Assembly (NCBI GenBank): GCA_017577945.2
Contig: PKQS02000010.1
Span: 4,456 to 68,455, forward strand
Direction: 5' to 3'
DNA from: Bacillota bacterium
GTDB taxonomy: Bacteria > Bacillota > Limnochordia > Limnochordales > ZCTH02-B6
DNA: 64,000 nucleotides
In this document: in pieces, positions 63,950-64,000 of the stretch
Position numbering within the stretch: position 1 is the first letter of the stretch
Layout of the letters: each line of letters opens with the position of its first letter
The notes under the pieces: model-generated
What the model was told of the DNA's origin: nothing
The model's input: the letters and a program-made list of their open reading frames with translations, nothing else
Databases searched by the model: none
Made by a program: the position numbers and the translations under genes

Positions 63950-64000
63950 TTATGACGAGGCGCGGTTGTACTTATTCATGGCCGCCTCCGTACCTTCCAG
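63950..64000 (-). CDS. pth: peptidyl-tRNA hydrolase, 3' end (partial at window edge)
   Basis: The minus-strand frame is open from the window edge to TAA at 63950-63952 (...LEGTEAAMNKYNRASS*). The MN.(F/Y)N C-terminus and the position upstream of mfd match Bacillus pth. Confidence 0.5.
   Translation of the reverse strand: MEGTEAAMNKYNRASS

Overview
The window is a very GC-rich bacterial chromosomal segment (by eye about two thirds G+C or more), densely coding on both strands. I call about 62 protein genes and 4 tRNAs. I saw no rRNA, CRISPR array, transposase, integrase or phage genes. All product calls come from motif and family recognition by eye, with no database search. Starts shown as M in the ORF track are often GTG or TTG, and I re-set many using Shine-Dalgarno spacing and homolog N-termini.

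Lineage (inference only): the right-hand third carries the Bacillus-type sporulation/division cluster (pth 3' end, mfd, spoVT, mazG, hbs, spoIID-like, yabP, yabQ, divIC, yabR). The source is therefore probably a high-GC endospore-forming Firmicute, Symbiobacterium- or Limnochordia-like.

Left to right, the rest of the window holds:
- a split peptide ABC system (SBP, two permeases, no ATPases) interrupted by a sugar isomerase-like gene
- a HAD hydrolase
- a catalytically degenerate NlpC/P60 homolog divergent from a GGT-family gene
- a polytopic membrane protein
- a TPP enzyme
- a yjjX-like NTPase
- an ABC-2 exporter behind a ~400-nt leader
- a tightly packed five-gene block: sensor kinase, NarL-type regulator, ABC-F, orphan ParA-like ATPase, tryptophanase-family lyase
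- a hypothetical gene plus ytpB-like terpene synthase
- LysR with korAB
- a MazG-like gene
- a membrane-threaded M28 peptidase with a membrane partner
- livJHMGF
- a penicillin-acylase family gene
- a D-TA family PLP enzyme
- VanW, mscL, msrB and a CDF transporter
- a tRNA operon (fMet-Met-Lys)
- ispH
- trkAH
- cwlD-like amidase
- GGCT-like gene
- PiT with DUF47
- a thioesterase
- tRNA-Leu
- DUF501 with ppx

Promoter-like elements sit in short AT-rich islands, and several are extended -10 (TRTGn) types.

The observations most worth follow-up are:
- the kinase/regulator/ABC-F/ParA/lyase block with its palindromic divergent promoter
- the long leader with a strong-SD mini-ORF upstream of the ABC-2 exporter
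- the M28 peptidase whose catalytic domain is interrupted by transmembrane hairpins
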